From Fistulifera solaris (Eukaryota), in contig AP026129.1 in assembly GCA_030295235.1 (NCBI GenBank), positions 434,001-498,000 of the forward strand: 64,000 bases of DNA, written 5' to 3'. Made by a program: the position numbers and the translations under genes. The notes beneath the pieces are model-generated. The model did not search any database. It worked only from the letters and a program-made list of their open reading frames with translations, and was not told the origin of the DNA. This document shows positions 49,077 through 61,400 of the stretch, in pieces; position 1 is the stretch's first letter; the number at the start of each line of letters is the position of its first letter.

Positions 49077-49847
49077 TTAAGCGAAAGAGGTCATGTTCCT
49101 GTTGATCGGTGGACTCACACAAGATTGTGGAGCAGCCTGATGGGTCTTTCGCCGCATAGGATCCACTACATCACAGACCGTCTCCGAGTATGTCCAAAAG
49201 GCTTCCGCAACGGTGTGTCGGATGGGGGTGAGAGATTGGTATCTCGCTAAAGCGGAATAGTCATATCCTCCTCTGGCAATATCTTCGTTCGTCAGGACGA
49301 GGTACGTCTTCTCGGGTAGGATCCTCTCCCAACGACATCCATGATGGAGAATATCAATGTCGGATACTCGCTGGCCGTAAGGTCGACTCAGATCGACATG
49401 AAATTGAATGCCCGCCACGCGTGGATACGCCTCGGGAAGTTCGTGAAAATGGAACCGATCAATTCCATGCTCCAGTGCCTCGGCAAGGTTACTGCCGTTT
49501 AACTGGAGAATCACCAACTGTTGATCGAACGGAAACACGCGGTTGAGTTTGTCTCGCGTCAAAGGTCCTGCTTCCAGGTCGGTGTGGCATAGGCCAGCTT
49601 CGAGAAGAACAACATCCATCATTTCATATTCGCCCAACAGCGCCATAGCCACCATGCTGCACAAATCGGAACTCCAAGAGGATGTTTGCGGTATGAACTT
49701 GGCAATATTAGGAATAAGTTCTGGCACTTGTGGGTTGCGGCATGGTTCTACCCTATTCTGGATTCGTGGATGTTGAATGCATTTTTTGTCGATTCGGGTG
49801 CCCATGGCGTAGCCCAGAAGCGCAAGCAGAAACTGGATTTTCATCAT
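49077..49847 (-). CDS. Secreted protein containing only a 5'-nucleotidase C-terminal domain
   Basis: Signal peptide; VFPFDQQLVILQLNGSNLAEALEH, YPRVAGIQF..DLSRPYGQRV, TNEDIARGGYDY. Confidence 0.75.
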   Translation of the reverse strand: MMKIQFLLALLGYAMGTRIDKKCIQHPRIQNRVEPCRNPQVPELIPNIAKFIPQTSSWSSDLCSMVAMALLGEYEMMDVVLLEAGLCHTDLEAGPLTRDKLNRVFPFDQQLVILQLNGSNLAEALEHGIDRFHFHELPEAYPRVAGIQFHVDLSRPYGQRVSDIDILHHGCRWERILPEKTYLVLTNEDIARGGYDYSALARYQSLTPIRHTVAEAFWTYSETVCDVVDPMRRKTHQAAPQSCVSPPINRNMTSFA

Positions 49848-50081
49848 ATTACTCGTCCGACGAGAAGCTTAGCAGGTCATCAGCATTATGGAAATTTCTC
49901 ATTTGGATGGGGAAGGTGGACATCCAATTTTGTGAGAGTCAACGGTCCAACGGCGCACCTCTAAACAAATTTAGAGCCGCTTGCTTTACGACAAAGATTT
50001 CGGCAACCAATTCAGATTTTGGCGATTCGTACGTAGTGTTGTCACATAGGAAACCATTATCCTAGTATTTTATGTTTGAAT

Positions 50082-50909
50082 TTAATTTTGCGATGCAAGC
50101 TTTTGTTCGAGAGACGCAATTTTAGCTTCGAGTGCTTCCAATCGCGGTAGAAAGGCAGCGACGGCATTCTCGGAGTATTTTCCGAGAACATCGGCTTCGA
50201 TGTTTACCAAACTTCCAACGGGTTTTCCTGGAACAATAATCTTCTTTTGCGTGTATTCAATGAGCATGAACGTGAACCAGTTTTCGTCTCGGTCAACGTC
50301 GACGACCGTCAAACTAGTTCCGTCTATAGCAACGAACCCTTTCGGCACAATATACCGAATGATTTCGGGGGACGTTCTGACTTTAATCCACAGGGAGTCT
50401 TTGTCGGTTCGTTTCTCGATGATCTCGCCTGTCCCATCGACATGGCCTTGAACGTTATGGCCACTATTGCGACCACCGATAACGCTAGCTCTTTCCAAAT
50501 TGACAAGTTCACCTGGTTTCAGTAATTTAAAGTAAGTCTTACTCAAAGTCTCTGGCGCCAATCCGACTTTAAATGTATCGTCCGCGAGTGCCGTCGCTGT
50601 CAAACAAACTCCCGAAACACAAATGCTGCAGCCAAGATAAGCACCTTGTAAAGCAACATCGGCCTTCACCGTCAATTCGGTGCCTTTTCCCAAGGTGCCG
50701 TCCCACAGTGTCATGTCATCTCGTTCTTCCAACGATACAACAGTCCCCATTTCTTCGACAATACCCGTGAACATGTGATGCTTCGTGCAAGTGCGTTGGG
50801 TTAAGGACTGAGAAAGAAAGCCAGTCACCACCGGGAGAGTCAATAAAGCGAAGATCCATGAAGCTGGATGCCTTGTCGATACCTTCGTATTGCTACTTGT
50901 CGATCTCAT
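50082..50909 (-). CDS. RIB5: Riboflavin synthase (alpha chain), plastid-targeted
   Basis: MFTGIVEEMG, GVCLT, VNLERA, GHNVQGHVDG, KGFVAIDGTSLTV, VNIEAD; VTG-F presequence. Confidence 0.95.
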   Translation of the reverse strand: MRSTSSNTKVSTRHPASWIFALLTLPVVTGFLSQSLTQRTCTKHHMFTGIVEEMGTVVSLEERDDMTLWDGTLGKGTELTVKADVALQGAYLGCSICVSGVCLTATALADDTFKVGLAPETLSKTYFKLLKPGELVNLERASVIGGRNSGHNVQGHVDGTGEIIEKRTDKDSLWIKVRTSPEIIRYIVPKGFVAIDGTSLTVVDVDRDENWFTFMLIEYTQKKIIVPGKPVGSLVNIEADVLGKYSENAVAAFLPRLEALEAKIASLEQKLASQN

Positions 50910-51114
50910 CGTCTCAAATTGGCGTCTGGTTCTTAATCAATAGTAGAAGAGTGATTTGTGATGGTGAGGTTACAAGTACAGGAACTGCAACGATCACTTT
51001 GAAGTAAATGGTAGCGTCGTCATCGCGATGTGATGGAACTGGAACGTGAGCGGGCGGAGTTTTCGAAACCATTCGCACTCCGCGCGCGAGCTTTTCCGCT
51101 TTGAAAAGTTTCAT

Positions 51115-51180
51115 ACCGTATCGGAGTGGTACCGGTACTCGGTACCGTACCGCGTACCGCACCGTACTCCGCACCGCACC
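51115..51180. repeat. GTACC-rich tract in the divergent riboflavin synthase/SmD1 intergenic region
   Basis: GGTACCGGTACTCGGTACCGTACCGCGTACCGCACCGTAC. Confidence 0.75.
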
Positions 51181-51802
51181 ATGCCACCAGAACCAAAACG
51201 AAGGTCTGTCCTGTACCCGCCCTAAGATAACAACAATTGACATAATTAATGGAAATTCGTACGACAGAAGCCCCTCCTCCCCTCGTCTTAAAGAAAAATC
51301 AGCATTTTTCAACTGAATCATCATCTCATAAAACTTTTATCGCGAGGGAGAGCAACTTAACATCGACTCATACACAAAGTGGTGTCCGTTGTCTCATGAT
51401 TGAAATCCAGTCATGGCAGAGTCAAAGCAACATTTCGGCCTGTAGTAAGGTAACAAGTGGGGCATTTCAACAATTGCGACAAGAGACAAAAACCAGCTTT
51501 CTTTAGAACCATCTACCATTACTAATGCTGGTTCATTTCATAAAGCGTTTTGCGAGGGCAAGCCACATACAATCGACTCAAACATAAAAATGTCGTTCTT
51601 TGTCTCAAGTCAACACTTCGGCCAATAGTAAAAGTAGTACAGTGTTGAGGTTGTGTCCGTCCGGCGATCGCACCTACTTGGTAGTTAAAGGGAACGATTG
51701 CGATGGAGACGATCGAGACGATGAGGACCATTGCAATTGGAGTCCAAAAGGAACCATAAAAATCATTTCTTTATTCTCTTATCGGTGTAATATTGCTTCA
51801 CT

Positions 51803-52202
51803 ATGAAGTTAGTAAAGTTTCTACAAAAGTTAAATCGCGAACAAGTTACGATTGAGCTCAAGAATGGCACCGTAGTACAAGGTACCGTTGTTGGCGTGGA
51901 CGCGACCATGAATTGTCATTTGAAGAAAGCCAAAGTCACTGTGTAAGAATCAAATGAGGTTTATTGTGTCACTGATCCCTTCCGTCCTCACCCTTCTTCC
52001 TTCTTGAAAACAGCCGAGGCAAGAATCCGGTCTCATACACCACTTTGTCAGTACGCGGCTCCACGATGCGAGCTTGGTTACTTCCCGATAGTCTCAATTT
52101 GGATGCTTTGCTCGTCGATGATACTCCCAAACAACAAGCTCCTCGACCAGCTGTAGGGAATCGTCCTATGCGAGGTCGTGGAAGAGGACGGGGCGACGAT
52201 AA
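51803..52202 (+). CDS. SMD1: Small nuclear ribonucleoprotein Sm D1
   Basis: Exon 1 (absent from the ORF track) [41 protein letters not shown]; intron ~51943-52013; LSVRG...[10 protein letters not shown] tail. Confidence 0.92.
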
Positions 52203-52535
52203 AAGCCGCATAACATGCGGTTTTCCAGTAAAACGGTACTCTCCATCGGAAACCGAATCGTGCGCGCACCTTCAGTTGAAATACTTCAGGCGAAAGGACG
52301 GAACAAGAACCGTGGTAGAGAAGAGCAAAGAACGATTGAATCTTCTTGTACGGACACGCTGCGAAAAGAGGGGGTACACATATTTTTGTTCTCATTAAAA
52401 AATAGCAAACGACAATCTAACACAAGAACGAATCTTTTCATTTTGTGTTTTGGCGCTTTTCATGTTCGTATCGGCTTCGTTTGCTTACATCTAAACTACT
52501 TCTTGTGTTGCAGAGTCTTGTGATTGAGGGAAAGC

Positions 52536-52946
52536 ATGAGTCGTCGTCAATGGAAGCGCTTCTGGGTAAACTTTGTGAATTCGGGTAGCTTGTGTACAAG
52601 CCATCGAGAGCATGAGGACGGTAAACCAAAGACGTCAAAATTCACTATTTGTAAAGATACTATCCATCAGTTTCAAAGCCACAGCTACTGCAGCGATAAT
52701 GATTTCGAGAGTCTAGTGGGTTTGACGCTCTTGGAGGATGCGTGTTCCGTCGATGATGATGGAAATGATATTTCTTCTACCTGCTCATCGCTTCAATACT
52801 CGGATCTTGGCGAAGATAATATCAAGAATCTTGCATATTTTGGAGACGAGTCGTTTGCGAAAGTGGATAACAAGAAGAATCTCTATTGCCAAAACGCTTC
52901 GATTGCGCAAACGAGCACGGTAGCATCAACGAGAATCACAATTTGA
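52536..52946 (+). CDS. Hypothetical small protein
   Basis: Open 137-codon frame from an ATG with an acidic/Ser-rich composition; no recognisable motif. Confidence 0.35.
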   Translation: MSRRQWKRFWVNFVNSGSLCTSHREHEDGKPKTSKFTICKDTIHQFQSHSYCSDNDFESLVGLTLLEDACSVDDDGNDISSTCSSLQYSDLGEDNIKNLAYFGDESFAKVDNKKNLYCQNASIAQTSTVASTRITI

Positions 52947-53088
52947 TACTTCCCTTGAAGTTAATTCAACGCTATCATTCCAGGGTTCATTGTTTTGGGA
53001 AACGAAAAGAGGTGTGTTGATAAGAAGAGTTATTATTATCTATCGTAACCCAATTCACAAAATAAGGAACAATGTCATCTTCATTCGT

Positions 53089-53873
53089 TCATGACCAGAA
53101 AGGATCATCCTCAGGTGCAGGTTCCATCTTTGCATCATCTCTTTTCCCTATAACCTGATTTGGTATTAGTAAATAGTCAATATTCATCGCAACCCCTCCT
53201 TTCTCCTTCCACTGTCCCTCGACGTTGTAGTAAAGACGACTCTTTGGAGTCATGATGTGAACCATCACATTGCCATAGTCCAATAATATCCAGCCACTCT
53301 CTGCGCTACCTTCTGGTACTCCATTACCACCCGGTCTCTGTCCTAACTCGTCTTGTACATCTCTGGTGATCGCTGCCGCAATGGCTTGATTTTGGGGTCG
53401 TGAATTTCCCGAGACAATCACCAATACCGAAGTCAAGGTAGAAACGTGATTTACTTGCAACGCTACAATGTCCTCCGCTTTGCGTCCATCTGCCGCTTTC
53501 ACGATACATTCCAGCAAAGGTAATAAGGTTTCGTCGGTGTTAATCGAATACTCATCATCGCCAACTGTGCTGCTCATGGGTTCTTGAATGAATTCAATCA
53601 TTTCTCGCTTGTCGTGTTTTGTTGATGTTGACTGTAATTCGCTATTGCCATCGTCGACTTTTCCGTAACGAGGGTAAATTTGGGAACGTTGACCGTTGCG
53701 AGGAGAAGAAGGTACTCTGGTAAATGATGAGAGACAATCAGCGACGTGGAAAAACGAAAAACCCAGAGCATTTGAGTTTCTTACCTCCCAGTCAGACGAT
53801 CTGCTAAAGACCAAGCCTCTCCGTCATCTGGAGCGTACAGGAAGATTAGTTGAAGCAAAACAGAGTATCTCAT
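53089..53873 (-). CDS. rsfS: Ribosome silencing factor RsfS/Iojap, plastid-targeted
   Basis: AADGRKAEDIVAL...SGNSRPQ...SGWILLDYGNVMVHIM..R.YYNVE. Exon 1 MRYSVLLQLIFLY..GEA-W splices in frame via an intron ~53718-53785. Confidence 0.9.
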
Positions 53874-54542
53874 ATTTCGTAGACCGTTATTAGAAAATAT
53901 AGACCATGGTGAGGATCGATGATGTGTTCATTTATTGTTGTTGCGATGCGATGGCGACGCGCTGGAATGAAAAAGTCTGCGGGGGGCAAAACGAGTGGAA
54001 CTGACGACCGGCGAACAGCTAGTTTCCGATGACAAGATTAATCCAGTCGTGGAAAAGATCGCTTACACTTGGGAGTATAGTGAATACTGATGGACAACTT
54101 GTTGATCACTTTCTTGGATCAAGAGATACATTGGAAATGTTAATCAGCCCTAGAATCCATTTCAAGTAAATAAAACTTATTTTTGTATCAGCGCGAAGCA
54201 TCATCAAGAAAGCCAATCACGCGAAAAATCGTTTGCCACCTGGCTAATGACTCATGACTGAATTCCAGTCATGGCGTAATTCCGCCTACAGTATGGTATT
54301 ATAATAATTTTCCTATTGCACTATCGGGACGGCTCTTGCCGTCAATTAATACAGCACATCTCTAGCAGCAAATGGCATATGTATTTCAGTAAAATATTCG
54401 TTCAACTGGTGGCGTCGGAAGTAGCTGAATATATTGTGCGTAACGACCCTGGTTGACGGTCGTCGACGATAAAAGGTGGACATTCGAAAAAGTAGAACTG
54501 GATACGCCTTCATCGTATGTGCGCTATGAAAGTTGTATTTCC

Positions 54543-54968
54543 TCAAAAGTAGCTATGCCGTCGTTGTTTGCGATGCCGAATTGAGCTGCAAGTAGTGGCT
54601 TCGTCGTCAAGACAAAAAGATGACGAACGCCGCCTCTCCGCTTGACTCTTTCCGGCATCCTCTTTTGTGCTTTTGGACAACGCTGAACCGACAATCTTTT
54701 CGCTCAGCCTTTTATTTTCTTGATCAGATCCCGGAAACTTTACTGGTAGCCCTGTCTTGTTGTTTCCAGAAATAAACCATTGCTCGGGGGACTTTTTTGC
54801 CAAAAGCTTTGCAATGACTAGAGTGTCTTTACTGCAAATTTTTGTTTCCTCCTTTGGTTGATTCATCTTTTCCTGCTTCAATTGCTGTGTATCAAGACAG
54901 GCTGCGCCAGTGTTGAGCTCCTTCGTATCCAAATTGACTGGCAATGCATCATATGAATGGACGTTCAT
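54543..54968 (-). CDS. Hypothetical protein
   Basis: 141-aa ATG-initiated ORF with no recognised motif. Confidence 0.4.
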   Translation of the reverse strand: MNVHSYDALPVNLDTKELNTGAACLDTQQLKQEKMNQPKEETKICSKDTLVIAKLLAKKSPEQWFISGNNKTGLPVKFPGSDQENKRLSEKIVGSALSKSTKEDAGKSQAERRRSSSFCLDDEATTCSSIRHRKQRRHSYF

Positions 54969-56096
54969 TCTCGTGCCGCGCTGTAGCCCCTGTTGTTGAT
55001 TACGAGGACGAACAATAACTGGATGAGGAGAAGACAGCTAATGTACAGGTCAGTTGCATGAGCGGGTGTACAGACACAGAAACAGAACGACGTACTCTAC
55101 CAATCTTCTTCCGCGTCGCAGCTATCTTTTCAACACCGATGCTGGTATTCTGATGAGATACTTGTTTTCCACAAATGTGGTTCGAGCGGTGATTTTTCAT
55201 GAAAATTGATAAGAGTGAATACTGCGTTATGAATGGGAGTGTTTGGAATGCCTCGAGATGGAAGAACATAGTCGTTGCCTTTTTCGAGAATGAAATCTTG
55301 AACAAAACATCACGAAACGAAAAAAAGTGTCACGGAAAGGGAACTCCCCACCGTCGACCGTCAATCTATTCTGAGGGAATGTATCAGCCAGCTCAAAGAT
55401 CACCAATCGAGCCTTCTTTGCTTTATTATTTTTGTGAAGAATCACTTCATAGGCTGCTAGATCGTATGTCATGAATCTAGATTAATCAGTTACTCCGTAT
55501 TAATTAGTTTGGGTTATCATTTCGCTCGTCGACCTGGCTACGGTACGGTACCGGTTCTTGTACCTTGTTCTAGTTCTAGGTGGAAAAGGATGGCAGGTCG
55601 TTTTGTTCGTGTTTCAAGTCATGATATCAATCAGTCACGAAAGACAAACGAGACTCCGACTATACAGTGAATAGTGGGAATAAGTCGTGGGTCCTCCGGC
55701 TTCTGAGTACAACTGGCTCGTATGCTGAACTTGCACTTACACATCCAAGACTCAGCTGGTCCGTTGAGAGGACGAGTGACGAGCGACGCCGCACTTTTTT
55801 CCCGGAAGGGGCGCATTCTGCGCGCAATGCGTCGTTTTCGCTCCAACTATACCAGGTAACACGCCGCCAAAGACTGTGTTGCAAGTGAACTCTGTCATTA
55901 TTATTTTGTGGTTTGCGACGAAACATTCATTCTTACAAATTTTCATCAACAATTCGTTGTAGTCTAATCAGGCGACAGAAATACACGCGCCGCATCAATA
56001 TTTCGAAACGCTAATCCGACCTGAAGCTATTGCATTCGAACGTGGAAACAATCGTGCGAACACCTTGTCGTCTCAGCTGCCGCACACGCAACAACT

Positions 56097-58347
56097 ATGT
56101 CGTACACTCCTCCACAGCGTCCGTTGCACGAGCGTCATGTCTCAACACCGGCTTCACTGTCGGCAATGGGGTTGAGTTCGTTGAGTCTTTCGCCGAAGAA
56201 TAGCCCCGACCGTAATGCGGGTCGAAATCAGCGAAGTACTAGTTTGTCAGCTAACAGCAGGAAGGACCTTCCTCCGATATTTTGGTACATGGAAGCAGGA
56301 GAATGGGAGAAAGCATCAGCTCGTGCGAGGCGGCATCCTCGTGATGCGAAAACATGGGCAACTCTCAAGACAAAGGATTCTCTTGGCAGTCCTCCTTCGA
56401 CGTCTAGTTTCGGAACCAAGCGATTGGCGTTACATCATGCGTGCTTTAAGCTCCGAAGTGCTGGTTCGGTGCCTCCTCCGACCTCCTTACCGCCGCTGCA
56501 AAGATCGTCTCTGTACAATCAGGAAGAAAGTGCGAGAGGCCCGATGACGTTCGAGGAAATAGATCCGTTTATTCAAATCTGCAATTTCATTCTGCTGCTC
56601 ATTCAACTGTATCCTGATTCAGCGGGAGTTCGAGAATCGAGGCATGGTTGTTTGCCTTTACATTTGGCCGCGTTTGCGTCGTGTGCGAGTCGGGTTACAA
56701 GACAACACTCCACAATTATTGAGGACGGTTTGTCGTCACCGGCGGTGCCGGGGCCGGCTCGACCATCCAATATTTCGAAACGTTCCACATCCGATACGAC
56801 AACGGCGACGCTCATGTCGGCCATGCATGCGGAAGAAGGTCTTAATTGTCAACATTTTGCGAGCCGCACCTCCGTTTCAGCTAGTAGCGACAATTTACAC
56901 ATCAATCCTCGTCGTGAAATGATGGCTGTCAAGGTCATCAATGCTCTGTTGGATGCTTATCCTAAAGCAATCCGAGTAGATTCGGAAGGAGGTCGTTTGC
57001 CTTTGCATACTGCGTGTGCTGGTCGTGCGACACCACGGGTTATTTCGACGCTGCTAGCTGCCTATCCTTCGGCGGCTAGGCATCGTAACAAAGATGGATT
57101 CTTGCCTCTGCATTTGTCGGCGCACTGGGGTGTTTCGCATCCGAATGTTGCCATTAACTTGCTGAAGGCATATCCGGATGCAACTGTGGGTCGTAATCGC
57201 TGGGAGAGGACACCGCTCGAGGAAGCCTTGTGTATGGCGGGAGAAAATGGAAGACCGCATCAGGCGGCGCTGGTTCGAGCTTTAAGGAAACACCCTTCTT
57301 TTTGGACACGAAGCGATTGTATGACTGCATTCTTTCCACGGGCCCAAGCTAAAGTCAGCGTGGCAGTTGATGTAGACGAGTCGCTCCCTAGTACGGAAGA
57401 AGATGAAGTACATATGCTGCCTAAGGACAGAGAATTACTGGAAGACTGGTACGTGTGACATAGCAATAGGTGTACCTGTACCCTCCTACTCTCACTTTAA
57501 CACCTTTGCACAGTTATGATGATGAAGAATTCGGTCAAGAGGTGGCGTTTGTGTCCAAAGACAAAGCTTCGAAAGCCGAGGATGTTGACTTGACTTTGCC
57601 ACTAGAAACTCTGATACAGAATCGAAAGTGGGAAGCGGTTTTACAGAAAATTCAGGTTGACCCACTTGAGGCTGAAAAGGAGTTAAAGGTCATGACACGA
57701 GGTGGATTCAAATCGAACACTGGTTTTTTCCCCTTGCATTATGCATGCGAACGAAATCCACCCGCCGCAGTATGTCAGGCTCTAGTTGAAGCTTGTCCCA
57801 TGGCGGTCTTGACACGTTGCATGCCAGGGGGCTGTCTACCGCTGCATATTGCGTGCACATGGTATTGTTCGGCTTCAGTTGTTAAAGTGCTGTTGTCGGC
57901 CGACCAAGGCGGAGCTGTAGTGAAAGATGAGCTCGGCAATATGGCAATACACTCGGCCTGTTTTTCCGGGGCGGATGTGGCTGTCATCGAGGAACTGATA
58001 TTGATGGATCCAAAAAGCGTGCTTGCTCGGAACCATCAGGGAAGTAGACCTATGGATATTTGCAAGAGACTGCGTCACGATAATCGTGAAACTGTTTGTC
58101 AGATTCTTGCTCTCAAACAGGAGGCTCTCGTGCGACACAAGAAATCAATGTCCTCTTCTTCAGGAACGTGGTCTGCGGTCGCCGACGAAGCGCATGAATG
58201 GATTAAAGGGTAAGTCTTTAGCATGAAACATCTTTTAAACGGTTAAAGCCGTCTCACTTGTTATTAAGAGCTGCGAGTGCGGACCGATTTGACGAGCGTG
58301 TGGAAATTTGCAATGAAGATGAGAAAGAAGAACTCCTTTGGATATAA
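56097..58347 (+). CDS. Ankyrin-like repeat protein (diatom-type xLPLHxAC repeats)
   Basis: Repeated LPLHLAA, LPLHTAC, FPLHYAC, LPLHIAC; introns ~57449-57513 and 58210-58268. Confidence 0.8.
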
Positions 58348-58414
58348 ATACTGTTAGTTGAGCAGCGAAACGATTCTTATATAGGAGGGGACTTGTCTGC
58401 GTTATAGATAGAAG

Positions 58415-61400
58415 TTAAATCCACGGCTGCCAGCCGGGGTACATTGAGCTGAGATTACCATGATCTCGGGCGGAATTAATTAGTAACTGGACTTGACCTT
58501 CAACGCTTTGTTGCTCTCCGGCGGTACCATCCTCGTAACCTTGCAACTTTTCGTGAACCCTCGAAATTGCACGAGCCGCTGCTTTGTTTTTTCTCTTTAT
58601 GATCAAAATGGTCATCCTGACCATCCTTCTTCTTTCGGCTTTGCATTGTATCTCCTCGATTTTGAACTTTCATCGGGCTTAAACTCCATTTGTACAAAGG
58701 ATCACTTGCCATCGCGGACAAGATCGTCAAAAGGGCGTTTGTGTTGGATTTTAGCAAATACATAGTCGATTCTGAAATCTTAGTAAATAAACCATCAGTA
58801 CCTGTTATACCCATCCCGTCAATAACATTTCTCGTGAGGCGAAAAGGCACCTTTTCAGGTATAGCCAGAAGCTGCGAGAAAATTGTTAGAAGCAGGACCA
58901 CGAGCAGGATAAAATCTCCCTGGCTGACTCACCTTTCCCTGTTCGAAAACATAACCAAAGTCAATGTGAACCACTTCCCCGGACTTCTCATGAACAAGGA
59001 TATTGGAACAGTGACGATCGCCTATACCGAGAACATGGCCCACCATGCTGCTAACAGCGACTGACCTTGTGAATCGCATTTTCGCGTCATACCATTTCTC
59101 TGGAGCGTGACCAAACCTTTCCAGAAAGAAATAGCGAAAGGAAGGCGAATAGTGCGAGCAGATTCTTTCGAAAGCTGCCAGTTGTGCCTCCCTCGTTTAG
59201 CATCTTGCAGCTCACTATAGCAGATTTTGTTGGCCCACTCGTCGGGAAAATATCTCGGATGCAGTCCGATCTTTTTGTCGACAATAAGATCACCGAATGG
59301 AGCAGAATTTTCGACCCATTCGAGAACCTGCGAACAAGGAAATACTTGTGAGTTTTCCGAACACCCCGATTACAGAAACATTTCATAATGAACGTACACC
59401 GCTGGTAGGAGTCAGGGGTACAATACTGTAGGTAACCAATTGATGCAGCGCGTGCTTTCTGGAGCTTTCGCTATTCTGGTTTTGAGCCACGAATTCGTTA
59501 AGTAGCCCAAAAACCTGTTGCATCACTGCATCTTGTCGGATTTCATCTTGTCCTTTCACCAGTTGCCTATATGATCCCCCCTTCGTTCCTTTACAAACAA
59601 CGATTTTGGGTACATGAACTCCACTTTCAGATGTGATAAAGTAAGCATCAAAACCAAGTACCCGTTCCCCTTGCTTAGGATCTTCTCTACCCTCCCCGTA
59701 GTCTCGTCCCGGGCGGATAGGTGGCGGTTTCGTGAGAATACAAGGCATGAATTCCGAACGACCCCTACGTCCCAAGCAAGAATCCAGTCTTTCGCTTGAT
59801 TTTGCACTTATTGAAGCAAAGTTTATTTTTTGTGCCCTTTTTACCTCCGCCATCGCGAGATGAATGTACGCATCAGAAAGGGTGCGGTAGCTTTCGAATA
59901 AGCAGGATACGAACCCAGGGTCTTTTTGCTTTACAGTCTGAACAATCAAATGCGCTGCCTCAATTTTGCTGTCGCTGGTGTTTTTCAGAAAAGTAGCAGC
60001 GCTTCTGCCGTCTACTCCTTTCCCCACATTATTGCCGTTGCAAGCCGCAATCAAGTGCACCAGACAATGGTACGGATGGTCAAGGCAGAGTTTGACTATG
60101 AGGCCTTGTAACCTTTCGTGATGGGAGGCATTGCCCAAAGTATTTTCAAGTCGAGCGAAAAGTTGGTTCGCAAGAGGAACAAAGCGAAAAGATGGAATTC
60201 TTTCGATAGCTTCGTGGATTAAGTTGTCAACGTCGTCATTGTACAAGTTTTCCTCTATTGCAGAAAACCAGACGCCGATTAATCTGTAAGCGAAGGTTGA
60301 TAAGCCTAAACTTCGGTTTGTCCCTACTATCATAAAGGCCTGTGACGTTGCTTCCAAAACAACCTTTAAGTGTGCATTCAATGCCGTAAAGGTTTCAGAC
60401 CTTTCGGATTCCATTTGCCTAATTTCCTTGCTGAGGTTATGTTCAAAGATGGCAAGATCGGAGGGATCTTTGCTTTGCTTTGACGACGTCTGGCTACTTT
60501 TTGAAGCCTTTTGCATTCATCTAGCTCCACTCTTCTTGACGCCAAGCATTTCTCTGAGCGCTGGAATTCCAAACTATTGATGCGCTTCAAACCAGACTCG
60601 AATAGCACATGACCAAGCGAGCTCATCGTCAGGAGGCATTCAGAAGCGCGATTGATGTTGGATTCTAGGTTGGGGTTACTTTTCAGAAGACCAATGGCAA
60701 TATCTTTTCCAGGTGACAGAACATTCGTTAGTACGTGATGAATTGGGTCGGTTTTATACTTCGCCATCCACCTGCTACAGTTAAGCATCAGTTCAGACAA
60801 GAGAGCTTGTGAAGCAACAGAAAGTGAACCCATTTGTTGTGAAAGTCGTTCAATTGTACGTTGCGTGCTCGTAATTGCCGAAGTGAAGTTGCCACTTTTT
60901 TCTAAAAGTAGAGTTTCTTCCATGCGAAGTCTTAATGTCATTGGAAGAAAAGATTCCGACTTAGCCAGCTTCTCTTTCTGGCTATTAAGAACGGTATGAA
61001 TACGACTCAAGGCGCCAGATGCCATTCTTAAGTCGCCACATTTTAGGCTCATTGAACTCGTTTGCCACAGCTGATCAAGTAAAAGGCTGAAATGTTTGCT
61101 TTCTTGGCCAGAATTCTTTTTTGATGTTGTGTCTCAGCACAAGCTCTCGACAATAAAGAGGCAGCTCCCGCTGACTTCTGAATGTTCCACAGTCCTCCAA
61201 AGCCGGAGGGAGACGAACATCATCGGATTCATCACTTCTCACGAATCGCTGCCAATCATTGAGTGACCTTAAATAACTTGCTGCTCGAAAGATACCTTCA
61301 CTTTCAGACCGAGCATCCATATTGAAGGTTGAAAGAAGTAAGTTCCATCGAGCCTCTTCTACGTGCTCGCAGCAAGTGTTGTAATCTGATCTTTCCATGG

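Noticed and set aside
45846..50909. Ankyrin, methyltransferase, glyoxalase, nucleotidase-C and riboflavin synthase as a metabolic gene cluster
   Set aside because: Mixed orientations, different predicted compartments and no coherent pathway.
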